Positions 1 to 13,384 of a stretch of DNA of 64,000 nucleotides are shown piece after piece. The stretch's first letter is position 1. Every line of letters begins with the position of its first letter. Position numbers and translations under genes: made by a program. Below the pieces are notes generated by a model. That model worked only from the letters and a program-made list of their open reading frames with translations. It ran no database searches and was not told the DNA's origin. Source of the stretch: Octopus sinensis (lineage: Eukaryota); contig NC_043020.1 in the NCBI RefSeq assembly GCF_006345805.1, positions 17,174,001 to 17,238,000 on the forward strand. The letters are read 5' to 3'.

Positions 1-286
1 CGAATGCAACTGGTTGGACTGGTGTTGAGGTAAAGAACTGTTTTATACAACAACAACTGTATAACGTCTTAAGTGCAAATGTTAAATGTTAAGAAATTTA
101 TTCTACTATGAGTGTTATTGTATGTATGGATGTATAACAACATCCCCATGTGACAGGCTTGATAATTGTTGAAAGGTTTCTCGCTTCATGAAACCATTGG
201 TAGCCTTTTTAACCCACATATTTATCCACCAATGTGGTGTTGAACACTCATTCTTGCTGTTCGATATTAATATATTTATGTATATA

Positions 287-341
<55 letters not shown>

Positions 342-357
342 TAAAGTAAAGACTTTT

Positions 358-685
358 TTCAGTCATGGATGACCATCAGATTGCACCCAGAAAATTCCCC
401 TTCTGAGGCACAAGTCCAGGCAAGGCTGTTTAAGGAAGACCAGCAGTTGCCCATGCATACCAGCCTTCCCTTTTCACGCCACCGATGTTATCCAAGGGAA
501 AGGCAAAGGCCAATATAGTTTGGCACCAGTGATGTCGCAAATCATTTCTACAGCTGAGAGAACTGGAGCAACTTGAAATAAAATGTCTCGCTCAAAAACA
601 CAGCATACAGCTTGGTCCTGGAATTGAACTTACAGCTTCATGATTGTGAGCCCGATCCTCTAACCACTGTGCCATGCACCTTCAC
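358..685 (-). mobile_element. tRNA-derived SINE
   Basis: Reverse complement begins with Pol III A/B box-like head (TGGCACAGTGGTTAG...AGTTCAATTCC); similar heads recur at about 4365, 11620, 14115, 19205, 44560 and 63630. Confidence 0.7.
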
Positions 686-712
686 ATATAAATACACACA
701 CACATACACACA

Positions 713-840
713 CAGAGGGTGTGGTGAATATATTGTCGTCTAAATTACGCAAAAATGAAAATAACACTAACATCTCATTTTAACAGATATATTTTAACAG
801 ATATATTTACCAAAATTACACAAAAATATCTTGAACTACT
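713..840 (-). mobile_element. Tc1/mariner terminal fragment (inverted relative to 5706-5931)
   Basis: About 110 bp is the reverse complement of about 5825-5931; terminus CAG(A)GGGTGTG next to a TA/CA repeat. Confidence 0.7.
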
Positions 841-1178
841 ACAGCAAGGAAGGGTATCTGACTGTAAAGCAATATCCGAATAATATATTTGTCTGACCTA
901 TTTTCCTCCAGGCCTTGCTATAACTTTCCAGAAAAATGTATGCCCCACCTGTGGTTGGAAAAAGACAACTTTATTTTTAATATTTTATCACAATTATTTA
1001 ATACAAAGGAATCTAGTGATAACTCTTTTATTAAGTACTGAGTACAAAAAGGTATATTATTGAGTAAGAAAAAATAATTTTACCACTTCCACATCCTACT
1101 AAAAAAAAGAAGAAAAAATTTGGATCCCACACTCCACCACAAGTTTCTCTGGCATCATGTTGGGAATCACTGGTTTAA

Positions 1179-1400
1179 CCCTTTAGTGTTCAGATTAATC
1201 TGTTAAATGTAATACTTTTTTCACTCAAATCGTTTTGAATTAATCATACATTATCTTATAGCTTTGAAGTTTCAATGGTATAATAGTTTATTCTTAGAAT
1301 GTCAATGTAGGTTAGGTGTGAGAGGCTAAATATGGCCAGTTTGAATGTAAAAACATGTAGAATATTTGGGCTGGATATGGCCGGCTTAAACACCAAAGGG
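1179..1400 (+). mobile_element. piggyBac-type MITE (about 220 bp)
   Basis: TTAA|CCCTTT...AAAGGG|TTAA termini. Further copies at about 7745-7963, 8251-8823 (interrupted), 17380-17592, 46385-46607, 51885-52094, 52585-52742, 54492-54711 and 57318-57762 (interrupted). Confidence 0.8.
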
Positions 1401-1563
1401 TTAACTCATGCTAGCACAGAAAAGCAGATGTCAAACAAACAAAATACACATGCACACAACAAAAAATTTTGAAATGTCATTTGAAAATCTGCATTAATTT
1501 CCTAAATTGATTTTCAGTTCAATAAAAAGTATATCAAAATCTAATTTCTTTTCCAAATTTCAG

Positions 1564-1626
1564 AACATGGACAAAGTTTTTGTTAAATGGATGAAATGGT
1601 ATGGTAAAAAACATGGACAATACCAG
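1564..1626 (+). CDS. DOT1L: DOT1L histone H3K79 methyltransferase, coding exon (NMDKVFVKWMKWYGKKHGQYQ)
   Basis: ttcag acceptor, gtaaat donor, 63 nt, phase 0/0; matches DOT1L motif MDREFRKWMKWYGKKH. Confidence 0.95.
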
Positions 1627-1639
1627 GTAAATGATACTT

Positions 1640-2085
1640 ATTCTGAATTCTGTTCATATTTAGAATTTTAAGTTCATCAACAGCTGACTTGGCAGACACC
1701 CATAAAATTATCAACCATCGAACAAACAATAACTCTGAGCACCTTTTCAAACTCCACCCGTTTAACATCCGTGGACATATTTACAAAGTCAGAAAACAGC
1801 ACAGCTCCCATGACTTCAGGAAACATTTTTTCATGCTGAGAGTTGCTGAAGCATGGAACAAACTGCCGGCATCAGTTGTTAGTTGTCGGAGCACTGCATC
1901 CTTCAAAACTTCCATGCTTTCTGAGATTCGCCAACACTACACTTGATTTTCTCCCCTCCATACACACACAAGCATGTATCTGACTCATGCATTGTTCACT
2001 TTCCAGACATTTGTACATTACTGCATATACTCTGACAAGTTGTGGTGCACCTGAGCACTGTATACAATAATTTCATTATATTATA
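1640..2085 (+). mobile_element. CR1-type LINE 3' fragment
   Basis: Encodes RGHIYKVRKQHSSHDFRKHFFMLRVAEAWNKLPASVV, a typical CR1/L2 ORF2 C-terminus; closely similar copy at 48570-48940. Confidence 0.85.
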
Positions 2086-2779
2086 TATAACACTTTTCTT
2101 ATCATACTTTTGTAGAAACACTCTGCTTTTGTTTCAGTTAATTTTGAAAATAATTAAGAATTTATTAAAATAATTTTGTCATTATTAATCTGGTGCCTGG
2201 AGCATAAATTAACATGGAATTTTGAGAGAGGGTTTAAATTTATATCACACTAAAACATGAAATGTATATCATAAATCCAAGGGTGGTCTTACGCTGGTTG
2301 GTATCAGAAGGGTTGACTATAGAATGCCAGACCAAATCCTATGTTTTACAATATTCATTTATTAAATACTCTCTACCTTGTGAGTTCAGTTTTATCAGAG
2401 TTGACTTTGATTTTCATCTCTGCTAAGTCAGTGAAATAAATATTGATAATATTCTGATAATCAGTTCAGAAAGGGACAATCTGTCCCTTTTAAAAAGAAA
2501 CGAAAACAAAGAGACTATCAGTCCTGTTTTGGAGTCTACAACTAATTTGATCTGAGATAAAGTGCTGGAACTGAAGCAAATCATGGAAGAGCCATTTCAG
2601 AAGACACATTTTTCTGAGTTGCCAAGGAACTGTCACTTGCTGTGGTGTGACAAAAGTTTTGACACGTCAAAAGATAAATGTAGAAAGAATTTGGCAGTTT
2701 TTGTGTATTAAAATGGCTCTTTAGTGATGCAACTATTACTGATCCTCTTGCCTTACCAGAAGAAAAACATTATACAATT

Positions 2780-3165
2780 TAGTGGTTGTGTGGTAAGAAG
2801 CTTGCTTCCCAACCACATGGTTCTAGGTTCAGTCCCACCACATGGTACCTTTGGCAAGTGTTTTCTGCTATGGCCTTGGGCTGACCAAAGCTGTGTGAGT
2901 AGATTTGACAAATGAAAACTGAAAGAAGCTTGTCATATGTGTGTGTATGTGTTTGTGTTTGTCCCCTACTACCACTTGGCAACTGGTGTTGGTACGTTTA
3001 TGTCCCTGTAACTTTGCAGTTCAGCAACAGACACTGATAAAATAAGTACCAGGCTTAAATTAAAAAAAAACAAATCTAAATACTGGAGTCGATTCATTCA
3101 ACTAAATATTTTTCAAAGCAATGCCCCTAGCATGGCCATAGTCTAATGACTGAAACAAGAAAAAG
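2780..3165 (+). mobile_element. Abundant tRNA-derived SINE (family A)
   Basis: Head GTGTGGTAAGAAGCTTGCTTCCCAACCACATGG, internal CA/TG tract, tail CCAGCATGGCC...GAAACAAG. Other copies at about 16302-16710 (+), 46930-47250 (+), 59075-59250 (+), 59920-60325 (-), plus partial copies. Confidence 0.8.
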
Positions 3166-4088
3166 ATGTGTGTGTGTATATATATATGTATCGTGCATGT
3201 ATATATATATATATATATATGTATGTGTATATATGTGTATGTATGTGTGTGTATGTATGTGTGTATACATATATATAAACTCCAGAGGTGACACTTTCAT
3301 TTCCCCTTAGCCCTCACATCACACAGTTATTAATGTTTGAGTTGGGTGATGCTCTTCCAACTGCTGTAGATCCATAATGCATCTTATCACTGTGCCCGTC
3401 ACCTGCATGGTGAAGAATCATATATTGGGGAGTGGTAACGACTAGGGTAGGGTAGCTGACTGCTTATTGTGATCATTCGTCTTTTCATTTCCTTTAGTTT
3501 TGCTCTCTTTTACAAACCCAGTGAACATACAAATTTTTCCAATTTCAAAGAAATTTGAACAATAGCTATAAGACCCAAGTTAAAAAGATTCCCAACAATT
3601 CAACTTCTCTAGTTGACTTTAAGACACACTGTCAATAGGGGCCTTAACACCTACATTTCAGAGCACCATGAGCTCCATTTTTCAGGAGCAAAAACCTTTG
3701 AATAGGTTCCATAAGATTTAGATTTTGGAATCTCGGCATAAAGATGAGTAGCATGGGATAAATGCATCATGATTAGAATTTTTGTTACACACATACACAT
3801 GCAGATATCTCAAACGTAAATAGATACTCCTTGTGGTAACATTTTATCTGTGTGGATACTACTCGCTAGCTCAATGCCCAACCAGGTTAAAATCATTAAA
3901 AACTAGATTAAGTATTTAAATACATCAGATGACATAATTTTGTTATTAGAAATAAATCCAGTAGGATATGAATATATCTCCATAAATGCAGAATGTGTTG
4001 TTAAATTGCCAGTCATATATATCAGTGTTGTGAAATGCTAATGCGTAAAAAGTAAATTTAAAAAATTAAAATTTTTTTTGTCTTTTAG

Positions 4089-4144
4089 TTGGAGAAAGGT
4101 GACTTCTTATCTGACGAGATGAAGGAAAAAATAAACAATGCAAC
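4089..4144 (+). CDS. DOT1L: DOT1L coding exon (LEKGDFLSDEMKEKINNA+AC)
   Basis: ttttag acceptor, gtatgt donor, 56 nt, phase 0/2; SAM-binding GDF motif (human LERGDFLSEEW). Confidence 0.95.
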
Positions 4145-4540
4145 GTATGTGTTCTTATGAATTATTGTCCTATTTCTTTTTTTTTTTTCCCATCACAATA
4201 TGTCTGTTTCCTCTCTTTGACCTTGTGAGTTGTGTAGTCACTGTTTTCTCTTTTACTTTATTTTATCCCCAGCTCTCTTGATTTCCGGCTGAGCACTTTG
4301 TTGTAGGGGCAATTCTCAGCAGCCTGTCACATAATGTAACTTTTTAAAATGACCTGACTATCATGCATGGCTTAGTGGTTAGAGCATTCGGCTCACAATC
4401 AGGAGGTAGTGAGTACAATTTCCAGACCGTGTGCTGTGTTCTTGAACAAGACATTTTACTTAACCGTGCTCCAGTTCACTCACTTGCTGAAATGAGTTGG
4501 GACATATAAGTGTGTGTGTGTGTGTGCGTGTATGTGTGTG

Positions 4541-4905
4541 TCATCATCATCGTTTAACATCCGCTTTTCATGCTGGTATGGGTTGGACAGTTTGACTGAG
4601 GACAGGCAAGCTAGAGGGCTGCACCACGCTCCAATCTGATCTGGAAAGGTTTCCTAACGCTAACCACTCCGAGAATGCAGTGGGTGCTATTTATGTACCA
4701 CCAGCACGAGGGCCACTCAGGTGGTGCTGGCATTCACCACGCTTGAATGGTGCTTTTTACATGCCACCGTCACAGGTGCCAGTCAGGTGGTACTGGCATC
4801 GGCCACAACTATGACTTCATTTGACTCAACAGGTCTTCGCAAGCATAGTTTATTGCCCAATGATTGAAGGGTATGTTTAAATGGGCAGGTTATACTGCAC
4901 TGTCA
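4541..4905 (-). mobile_element. RTE LINE 3' UTR fragment with (GAT)n tail
   Basis: Same sequence as the 3' end of the RTE at 49178-49560. Confidence 0.85.
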
Positions 4906-5074
4906 TAGGCCACGGATACAGTGTCACTTGGCTTGCCGGGTCTTCTCAGGCACAAGATATGTCCAAAGGTTTCGTTGACTTGTATGTATGTATATATACA
5001 TATCTATATATATCATGGCATGTGAAAAAATATTCTAGTGACATCGTTGCTATTGCTGCTGGACTGATTCCTGT

Positions 5075-5328
5075 GCAGATGGCACATAAAAAATGCCATT
5101 TGAGCGTGGCCGTTGCCAGTACCGCCTGACTGGCCCTCATGCTGGTGGCATGTAAAAAGCACCCACTACACTCTCGGAGTGGTTGGTGTTAGGAAGGGCA
5201 TCCAGCTGTAGAAACTCTGCTAGATCAGATTGGATCCTGGTGCATCCATCTGTTTTGCCAATCCTCAGTCAAATCATCCAACCCATGCCAGCATAGAAGG
5301 CGGATGTTAAACGATGATGGTGATGATG
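5075..5328 (+). mobile_element. RTE LINE 3' UTR fragment, inverted relative to 4541-4905
   Basis: Ends in GGATGTTAAACGATGATGGTGATG; reverse complement aligns with the 4541 copy. Confidence 0.85.
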
Positions 5329-5705
5329 TATATGTCATATATATATATATACAACAACAATTGAGGAACGGCCTCAATAGGCCGTTCGACCCACTAGAAA
5401 GAGCAGCCAGGACTCCAACCGCAAATAGTAGTAATTCCGAAATTTAAGGAAAATTTTAAAAAAATAAAAACCTCTGACAACCTCTCTCACCAACCTTCGT
5501 TCTCGCCAACCTCTGAAAACCTCTCTCACCAACCTCCATCAATCTCTCCCTCCTCCAGCTGACAGTTTTTTTTGTACTTTTTTGTGACAGCAGTTATAAT
5601 GAAATTGCTTTTTTATATGAGAGAAATAGGGCGTTTCAATAGAACATCTTTACACCCGGGAATTATTGGGTACACTATCTAGTATGTATATATATATATA
5701 TATAT

Positions 5706-5931
5706 GGCAGCACTCACAACTTAAACAAGGAGACCATCCAGAATAGTTGCAGGAGGTTCCGAAGTTGTCTGGAGGCCATAGTTGAAGCCAATGGCGATTT
5801 TATTGAATAAATTTACTCTTTAGTATTTCAATATATTTTTATGTAATTTTGGTAAATATATGTTAAAATGAGATGTCAGTGTTATTTTCATTTTTGCGTA
5901 ATTTAGACAATAATATATTCATCACACCCTG
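5706..5931 (+). mobile_element. Tc1/mariner 3' end with transposase C-terminus and TIR
   Basis: NKETIQNSCRRFRSCLEAIVEANGDFIE* (stop 5808-5810), then a TIR ending ...TCACACCCTG. Confidence 0.8.
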
Positions 5932-5937
5932 TGTGTG

Positions 5938-5978
<41 letters not shown>

Positions 5979-6509
5979 GTATATGTGTATATATGTATAT
6001 GTGTGTGTTTATGTATATCTACACACACACACATGCAAATAATATGTATTTACCTCTTAACAAGAACAGAAGTTCCTATGCAGCTCCAAAGGACCAACGT
6101 GTTGCTTGTCACTGAGGGGTTGGTATTAAGCTGAAAACACTGGTGCTTTAATAATCCACTGACATCATTTGGAGCTTGGTGTGCTTTTACACACAGTCAT
6201 AAGGCAGAAATTGTTCCCAGAGACAAAAATCCTGTTGTAAATGTGTTAGAAGGGAAAGTGCATGTCAGCATTCTGATTCTTGCTGTGTGTGTAAATATAT
6301 ATATTTACAGATGTGCACATATATGCATGCATAGATTTATTTATTTACTTATTTATGTAGTTGTATCTCCTTTCTATGAAATATTTAATTGTTAACGTAA
6401 TATAATCACTTATCTATATATATCTTTCAATTTCATTTGTGTTATGTTCTAAATGGCGACCTACAGAATATATATACTATCATTTGAATAATTTCTTATT
6501 CTCTTTCAG

Positions 6510-6558
6510 TGTGATATTTGTAAATAATTTTGCTTTTGGACCTCAAGTTGATCATCAG
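6510..6558 (+). CDS. DOT1L: DOT1L coding exon (T+VIFVNNFAFGPQVDHQ)
   Basis: ctttcag acceptor, gtaata donor, 49 nt completes phase 2; near-identical to catalytic VIFVNNFAFGPEVDHQ. Confidence 0.97.
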
Positions 6559-7351
6559 GTAATATATTTGGATTTTTTTCTTTTAAAACAATGGTAATAT
6601 ATTCATCTAAGCCAGTCATGGACAGCCTGCAATCCTTTCTGAATGGTGTACCTAACGAAATATTACCTTCAGTTTTCTTTGTAGTGTAGCCTACCTGATG
6701 ATAAGCCATCTCTCATGCAGTCTGCTTCTTGAAAAAATTTGCCCATGAATGGTCAGAGTGATGCAAGCATGGAAGAAAGCCAACAAATAGCAGACAAAAT
6801 AACTGAAATGTAGAAGAAACTGGAGTTTGGGCAATTTTTGAAACACGGCAGATTAAATATCGGTTCCTCGTAGTTTTGGAACCAACAAAACAGTATGTTG
6901 ATGGGTGGATAGGAAAACATTATCTGAGATGTGAAGGGTTTTATTTTAATGGTTTTCTTTTTACACTGTATGAGTTTGAATTTACATCTGAAATATTCCT
7001 ACTTGAGGTATACAAGAATGAGAAGCTCAGTGACTTGAGAAGCACAGTGACTTGGTGACTGCAAAGATATGTATAGTTTATACAAGGTACACAACTCTGC
7101 TAGTGGTTGTGTGTTTTTTAAGAAACGTGTTATTGTGTCACTTTAATCTCACAGATGATAAGAAAGTAATTATAAAAGTATTTAGCATTTAAAATTACAA
7201 AATTTAGGCTACTCTGGAAATTCATGTGTGAATCTGTTTTTGAAAAACTCATCATGTTATGATAGTTGTATACTGTCACGTTAAATTGACAGTATACAAC
7301 TATTATATCGCCCCACCACCGTACATATCTCTGAGATATTTAGAAATGTAA

Positions 7352-7735
<384 letters not shown>

Positions 7736-8389
7736 TAGTCTTAAACCTTTAGTGTTCAGATTACTCTGTTAAATATAATACTTTTTCACTCAAATTGTTT
7801 TAATTAATCATGCATTATCTTATAGCTTTGAGGTTTCAATGACGTGATTGTTCATTTTTAGAATGTCAATGTAGGTTAGGTGTGAGAGGCCTGATCTGGT
7901 CAGTTTAAACATAAAATAGGTAGAAAACTTTGACCGGATATGGCCAGTTTAAACACTAAAGGTTTAATCATACAGACATTCTAGCTGTGACCATCCAATT
8001 TTTTTTAATGTATAATATACATTAAATATGTATCCTTCATTTTTCTTAAGATGATAGCATATGCATTGAGTGAATTCGGCTGGTAATGTCTTATAGGTTA
8101 AGCATAAAGTGCATGTCCGAAGCTACTTAAATGTAGAGTTATGTTGTAGAGTTTGTATATGATTGACTTAGTAGTTTAAGTTTCAGTCATATCAAGTTTG
8201 TACATTTAAATCACTATTAGGAGAACATTGGCAGATCCATTTGAATGTTAACCCTTTAGCAATCGGAATGCTCTGCCAAATGTAATACTTATTTATTCAC
8301 ATTCTTTTTAATTAATCACACATCTTGTATTTTGTTTTTGGATTTGGTTTGCAAGATTCTTTATGTGAGTTTGTGTGTTGAAGCATATT

Positions 8390-8661
8390 TTGTTGTCTGG
8401 AGAGAGTAATTTTCTTTTTGTGCCTTATAATTTAACACACTCACCGGTAAAATTTCCACTTATTCCTTATTTTTATTTTCCTAAAATTTTTGTTGTGTCT
8501 TGCAACCTATTCAATAGTCTTGACTCTTTGAAGACTATTGAAAAGGTTGCAAGATGCAACGAAAATTTTAGGGAAAAAAAAAAGAAATAAGTGGAAATTT
8601 TACCGGTGAGTGTGTTAAATTATAAGGCACAAAAAGAAAATGACTCTCCCCAGACACAACA
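8390..8661. repeat. Fold-back element (about 130 bp arms, 13 nt loop), Penelope-type, inserted in a piggyBac MITE
   Basis: 8390-8519 and 8533-8661 are reverse complements with few mismatches; the flank at 8350 shares a GCAAG..TGTGA..GTGTGTTGAA motif with 25783. Confidence 0.85.
8535..8571 (+). ncRNA. Putative minimal type I hammerhead ribozyme, U3-A8 core variant
   Basis: CTA-TTGAAAA-G-GTTGC(aagat)GCAAC-GAAA-ATT-T-TAG; stem I only 3 bp. Confidence 0.45.
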
Positions 8662-10211
8662 GAACACATCTTGTAGATTCTTATAATATTTTGATGATGT
8701 AGTTATTTACATTGTTGTTGACATTGTAGGATAGATGTTAGATGCTGTATCCAGCCAGTTTGAGCATAAAACTTGTAGAATATCTTGTTCAGATATGGCC
8801 TGTTTAAATTCTAAAGAGTTAACCATACACATGGCTGGTGGTATGAAATATGTCAGCAAGCTACTGCATGGCACTTTGGGCAAGTGTCTTCTACTATAGC
8901 CCTTGGCCTACCAATTTCTTATGAGTGGTTTTGATTGACAAATTGTGTGAAGTCTGTGTGTGTGTGTGCTTGTGCTTTTAGTAGAAAGTTACAGTTTCAT
9001 AGTTTTTGATGTGTTAATATCTTTCAAAAGGATTAATTTATCCATGTACAGGCTGTTAGAATAAAATATCTCTGTCTCTTACTTCGTTATATGTACGTAA
9101 ATGTAATTAGTTTTGAGACTGTAGACATTCATTAGGCCTGATGTAGCTGTTACATACTTGCTGGCATTCAGTCATGTACAGAATGTGGTAGTGAGAAGTT
9201 AAGAAGCATTAACTCTAATGCAATTTTGAGCACTGAAAAATCCTCATATTTCAAGGGATCCTTTTAGTTTAGCTTTTTGCCAGTTCTGTGTCTCTAGATG
9301 TAGCATAAGGTCACAGATAAATTTGTCTTGAATGAAGTTTCTTGTGTTTATGCAGACTTCAACTTCATTGCACACACTGTATGTTGAAGTGTGTAATTAA
9401 AAGACCTCTTGTTAAGATTGCTAATGGCTATAGATTTTTTTCATGTTATGTGCAGGCAGGGCTGTATGATTAAGAAATTTACTCTGTAACTATCTGGTTT
9501 TAAGTTTAGTCCTACTGCACAGCTTCTCAGGGTAAATGTGTTTTGCTATAACCCTAGGCCAACCATAGCCTTGAGAGTGATTTTGGAAGGCAGAAAAAGA
9601 AGGGACCCTGTTATATACACACACATATGCACATATGCATGTATATATGTGTGTATTCATGTCTCCTCATCTTGATATTATGCTCTAGATGTAAACAAAT
9701 GTGAAAGTCATACAAGCAGTATCAGTCATTTGCAATCGTCTGTGAAATCATGTCCAGGCCCTGTGTTCTTTCAATCTGAAGGACTAAGGGTGATACCACT
9801 TATTTGGAAATGAGTGTTAGCTACAGGAAGGGCATCCAGCTATACAAAATTTTCATCAATCAATTTTGTCTGACTCAAGCAAGCATGGAAAAGTAGGCAG
9901 CAGTGATGATGATGACAACACTTAATTACTTACTCGTCACATCACTGCTGCAGTCATCATGGGTGTGACTAGAATGTAACACTGTCTCAAGTGTCTGGAT
10001 TTTCTGTAACTTTCTTAATAAAAGTCCAAATGTTAGACCTAATCCAGCTACTTCACAACTCTACCTCTGGGTTAACTCTACTACAGCTAATGATTTTCTA
10101 CTTTTTTTTTTACCCAATGGAAGAAAGGAAAGAAAAGGAAAGAAAAAATCCTACATTCATAAAGAAATCTAGTAAACAACCCGAAGAATCATTGTTCTAT
10201 GTCTTATTTGA

Positions 10212-10379
<168 letters not shown>

Positions 10380-10699
10380 TGACGAACAAATGGTATGCCA
10401 TTGAAGGTGTTTCATAACTTTTGTTGTTGTAGTGTGTATTTGCGGCAAATTGCCACTTATTTCCATGTTAAAGTTTCAGGTTTTCTTCAGTGCCTTTTTT
10501 TTTGTCCATCTAAACTGGAGTCTTTTGGCCATGGAAGGAATTATGCTCTAAAGAAGGATATCGCTCTATTTTAAGAATAAAAAAATAATTATCGTTAAGA
10601 ATAAGAATAATTCTTTCTAATTTTGACACAAGGCCAGCAATTGTGAGGGGTAGGGTCAAGTCGATTACATTGACCTCAGCACTTTTGATTGGGATTTGA

Positions 10700-10935
10700 G
10701 TTTAATGATAATAATGGTTTCAGATTTTGGCACAAGGCCAGCAGTTTTGGGGGAGGGGATAAGTCATTTACATTGACCCCAGTGCTCAACTTGTACTTAT
10801 TTCATCAAACCTGAAAGGATGGAAAGCAAAGTTGATCTTGACAGAATTTGAACTCAGAATGTGAAGACGTATGAAATGCCACTAAGCATTTTGCCTGGTG
10901 TGCTAAAGATTCTGCCAGCTCACTGCCTTAAATGA
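10700..10935 (-). mobile_element. SINE with ...GAAAGGATGAAAGGCAAAGTCGACC-like core (possibly Nin/Deu-domain type)
   Basis: Repeated in the opposite orientation at about 14500-14720, 14750-14945 and 63385-63510; superfamily assignment is from recall only. Confidence 0.55.
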
Positions 10936-13384
10936 TGATAATAATGATAATTTCACTCTGCTATTGGCACAAGGCCTGAAATTTATAGGAGGGTGTTTAT
11001 GTCTCTTGCAACTACACAGGCCCCTGAAGCAACATTCTGCATTATTCTTTCTCTCTCTAAGCACCTTCCCATCTGCACAGATCCTGGCTGAAATATACGA
11101 AAGAGCTAAATTGCTGATCTAAGAACAAGTCTGATTAAGTAAACTTGTCACAGTCTCATCTGTGCTGGCATGGATAAATTTCCTTTGGCTGAAATTATAA
11201 CAAGGATGATGATGACCCATAATAATAGTGATGCTGGTGGCTAATTACATTAAAAAAAGAGAGATTTTAATGATGCGTTAAAAATATGTTGGTTTTTTTT
11301 TTCTCTGTGGTGTTAGTTGCAATTGTTTCCCTCTTATATATATTATGAAATATGGTCAACAATTGTTGCAGTATAAAAGAACAAAGATCCTTCTGGGGTC
11401 ATATAGATTCAGAGGGGGCGGTTTCCTGGTTTCTGTGGCGCATGTATTTTCTGCCCTGGATGGGATGACTGTCTGTCGCAGGAAATACTCAATTTTGTCA
11501 GCTGAGTGGACTGGAGCAACATGAAATGAAGTGTTTTGCTCAAGAACACAATGCAAAACTTGATCCTGGAATCAATACCAAAATCTTACAATCATGAGTC
11601 CCACACCCTAACCACTGAGCCATGTGCGGCTCTGTGGTTAGAGCATTGGGCTCACAATCATGAGGTAATGGGTTTGATTCCTGGACCAGGCTGTGTGTTG
11701 TGTTCTTGAACAATACACTTTATTTCATGTTGCTCCAGTTCATTCAACTGTAGAAATGAGTTGCGACATCACAGGTGTAAAGCTGTATCGGCCTTTTGAA
11801 AACACAGGAAAATAGCAGCAGCAGGAAAAGTCGCCCAGCATTGGCTCTAGATTTCTCTTTGTTTGCCCCACCATTAGTAAACATCCATGCCACCTCATCT
11901 CATACAAACATTGGCTACTCCCTGATATAGTTAAGCAATGATTGAAAGGTCACTGATATCTCATTTAGCTAGCAGGCTGAACAAAAATTCATTATAAATG
12001 ATGGAAGAAGTATTAGTTGAAATAGTTTTCAGTAGCAACAGTCATAAATATTGTTGAATGTAGACAAATGTAGTTTCTGCCTTATACATTATAGTGAAAT
12101 AGAGAGACATCAGTTATAGTTGTGTATCATATATATATACACACACGCACATATATATGTATCGAAATATAGCCATCAATAATTGCAGTCCTATACACTA
12201 TGAAATATACAAACTAACTGCAATCCTATATACTTTGTGAAATACAGCAACAAGAATTGCAGTCCTTGAAATATGGAAACAACGTTGGGAAACCTATTGA
12301 GCAACGAAGGATTAACCAATTATTTCTTGACATATTTAGAGCAAAATCATGAGAACTTACCACAGCCATCCTGTGTTGCTCTTCAGAATGATACAGTGTG
12401 TGGCCCTCACTTAATGCAAGACATAGTGTTGTACCTTCAAGGTACAAGACATTGCTCTGTCTACTATAGTCTCACGAATGAAAACAACAGCTATCACTTT
12501 ATACTTTACTACTATTGAGTTGTTATGGTTGCATTGTGAAAAAAGCATTAAAAATATTGGCTTCAACATTTCCTAATCAGATATATATATCTTTTCAGAA
12601 ACCACCATTCATGCTAGCATGGGAAAATTAATCAATAGTAATTAATAAATAATCAACACTTTGATATACTGAATCTTATATTGATCTTGTTTGATAGTGA
12701 AACAGAGATTAAAGTTGAAGACTATGTCTGGGTCAAGTACAGAGAAGAGAGCTGTTATATAGCTTTGTTGTAATATATTTACTGCACAACTTGGTCTGAA
12801 AATATCCTAGTCGGGATATGTTTAAAAAAATTTTTTTAATTATCTCTTTGATGTTTTCTGAAACTGTTTTAACTGAAATCAAGAAATGTGTTGAAGAACA
12901 AGGAAATCACAGGCAGGATAATTAAAAATCAATTGTTTTGATGTTTGGATTGTTTAATTTCATTTTTGTAGAATAATATATTTATTCGTGTATTTTATTT
13001 TACATGCAGGCTCATATAATTTTTACTTTACACACTTTTGTTGGTAAATGATTGAAAAGAAAATATAAATTATCACTTGATTACAGATTATGGAAAAGTA
13101 AAATTTTTGTTAAGAATAATTTAATTTATGAATGAGATTTTTTAAAACACCATTCTATATTTCTAATACTTACAATTCAATTTACCTAATCATCTCCTGA
13201 TCACTTTGATCTGAGTTTGTGATACTCTGTGTAATTAATTAATTTTTGCTATTTTGATGCATGATTATAAATAATATCCTCCTTTTTGAGACTTTCTGTA
13301 GATTTTCTTATCTTTTTTTTGAAAATTTGTAATCTGTCAGCACTTGAAATTCTTACCTGTTAACATGTTTATTAATAATTCCAC

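Noticed and set aside
713-5931. Single 5.2 kb Tc1 transposon that captured DOT1L exons
   Set aside because: Both ends carry the same 3'-subterminal sequence, and the enclosed exons are in-frame parts of the host gene; two independent insertions is simpler.
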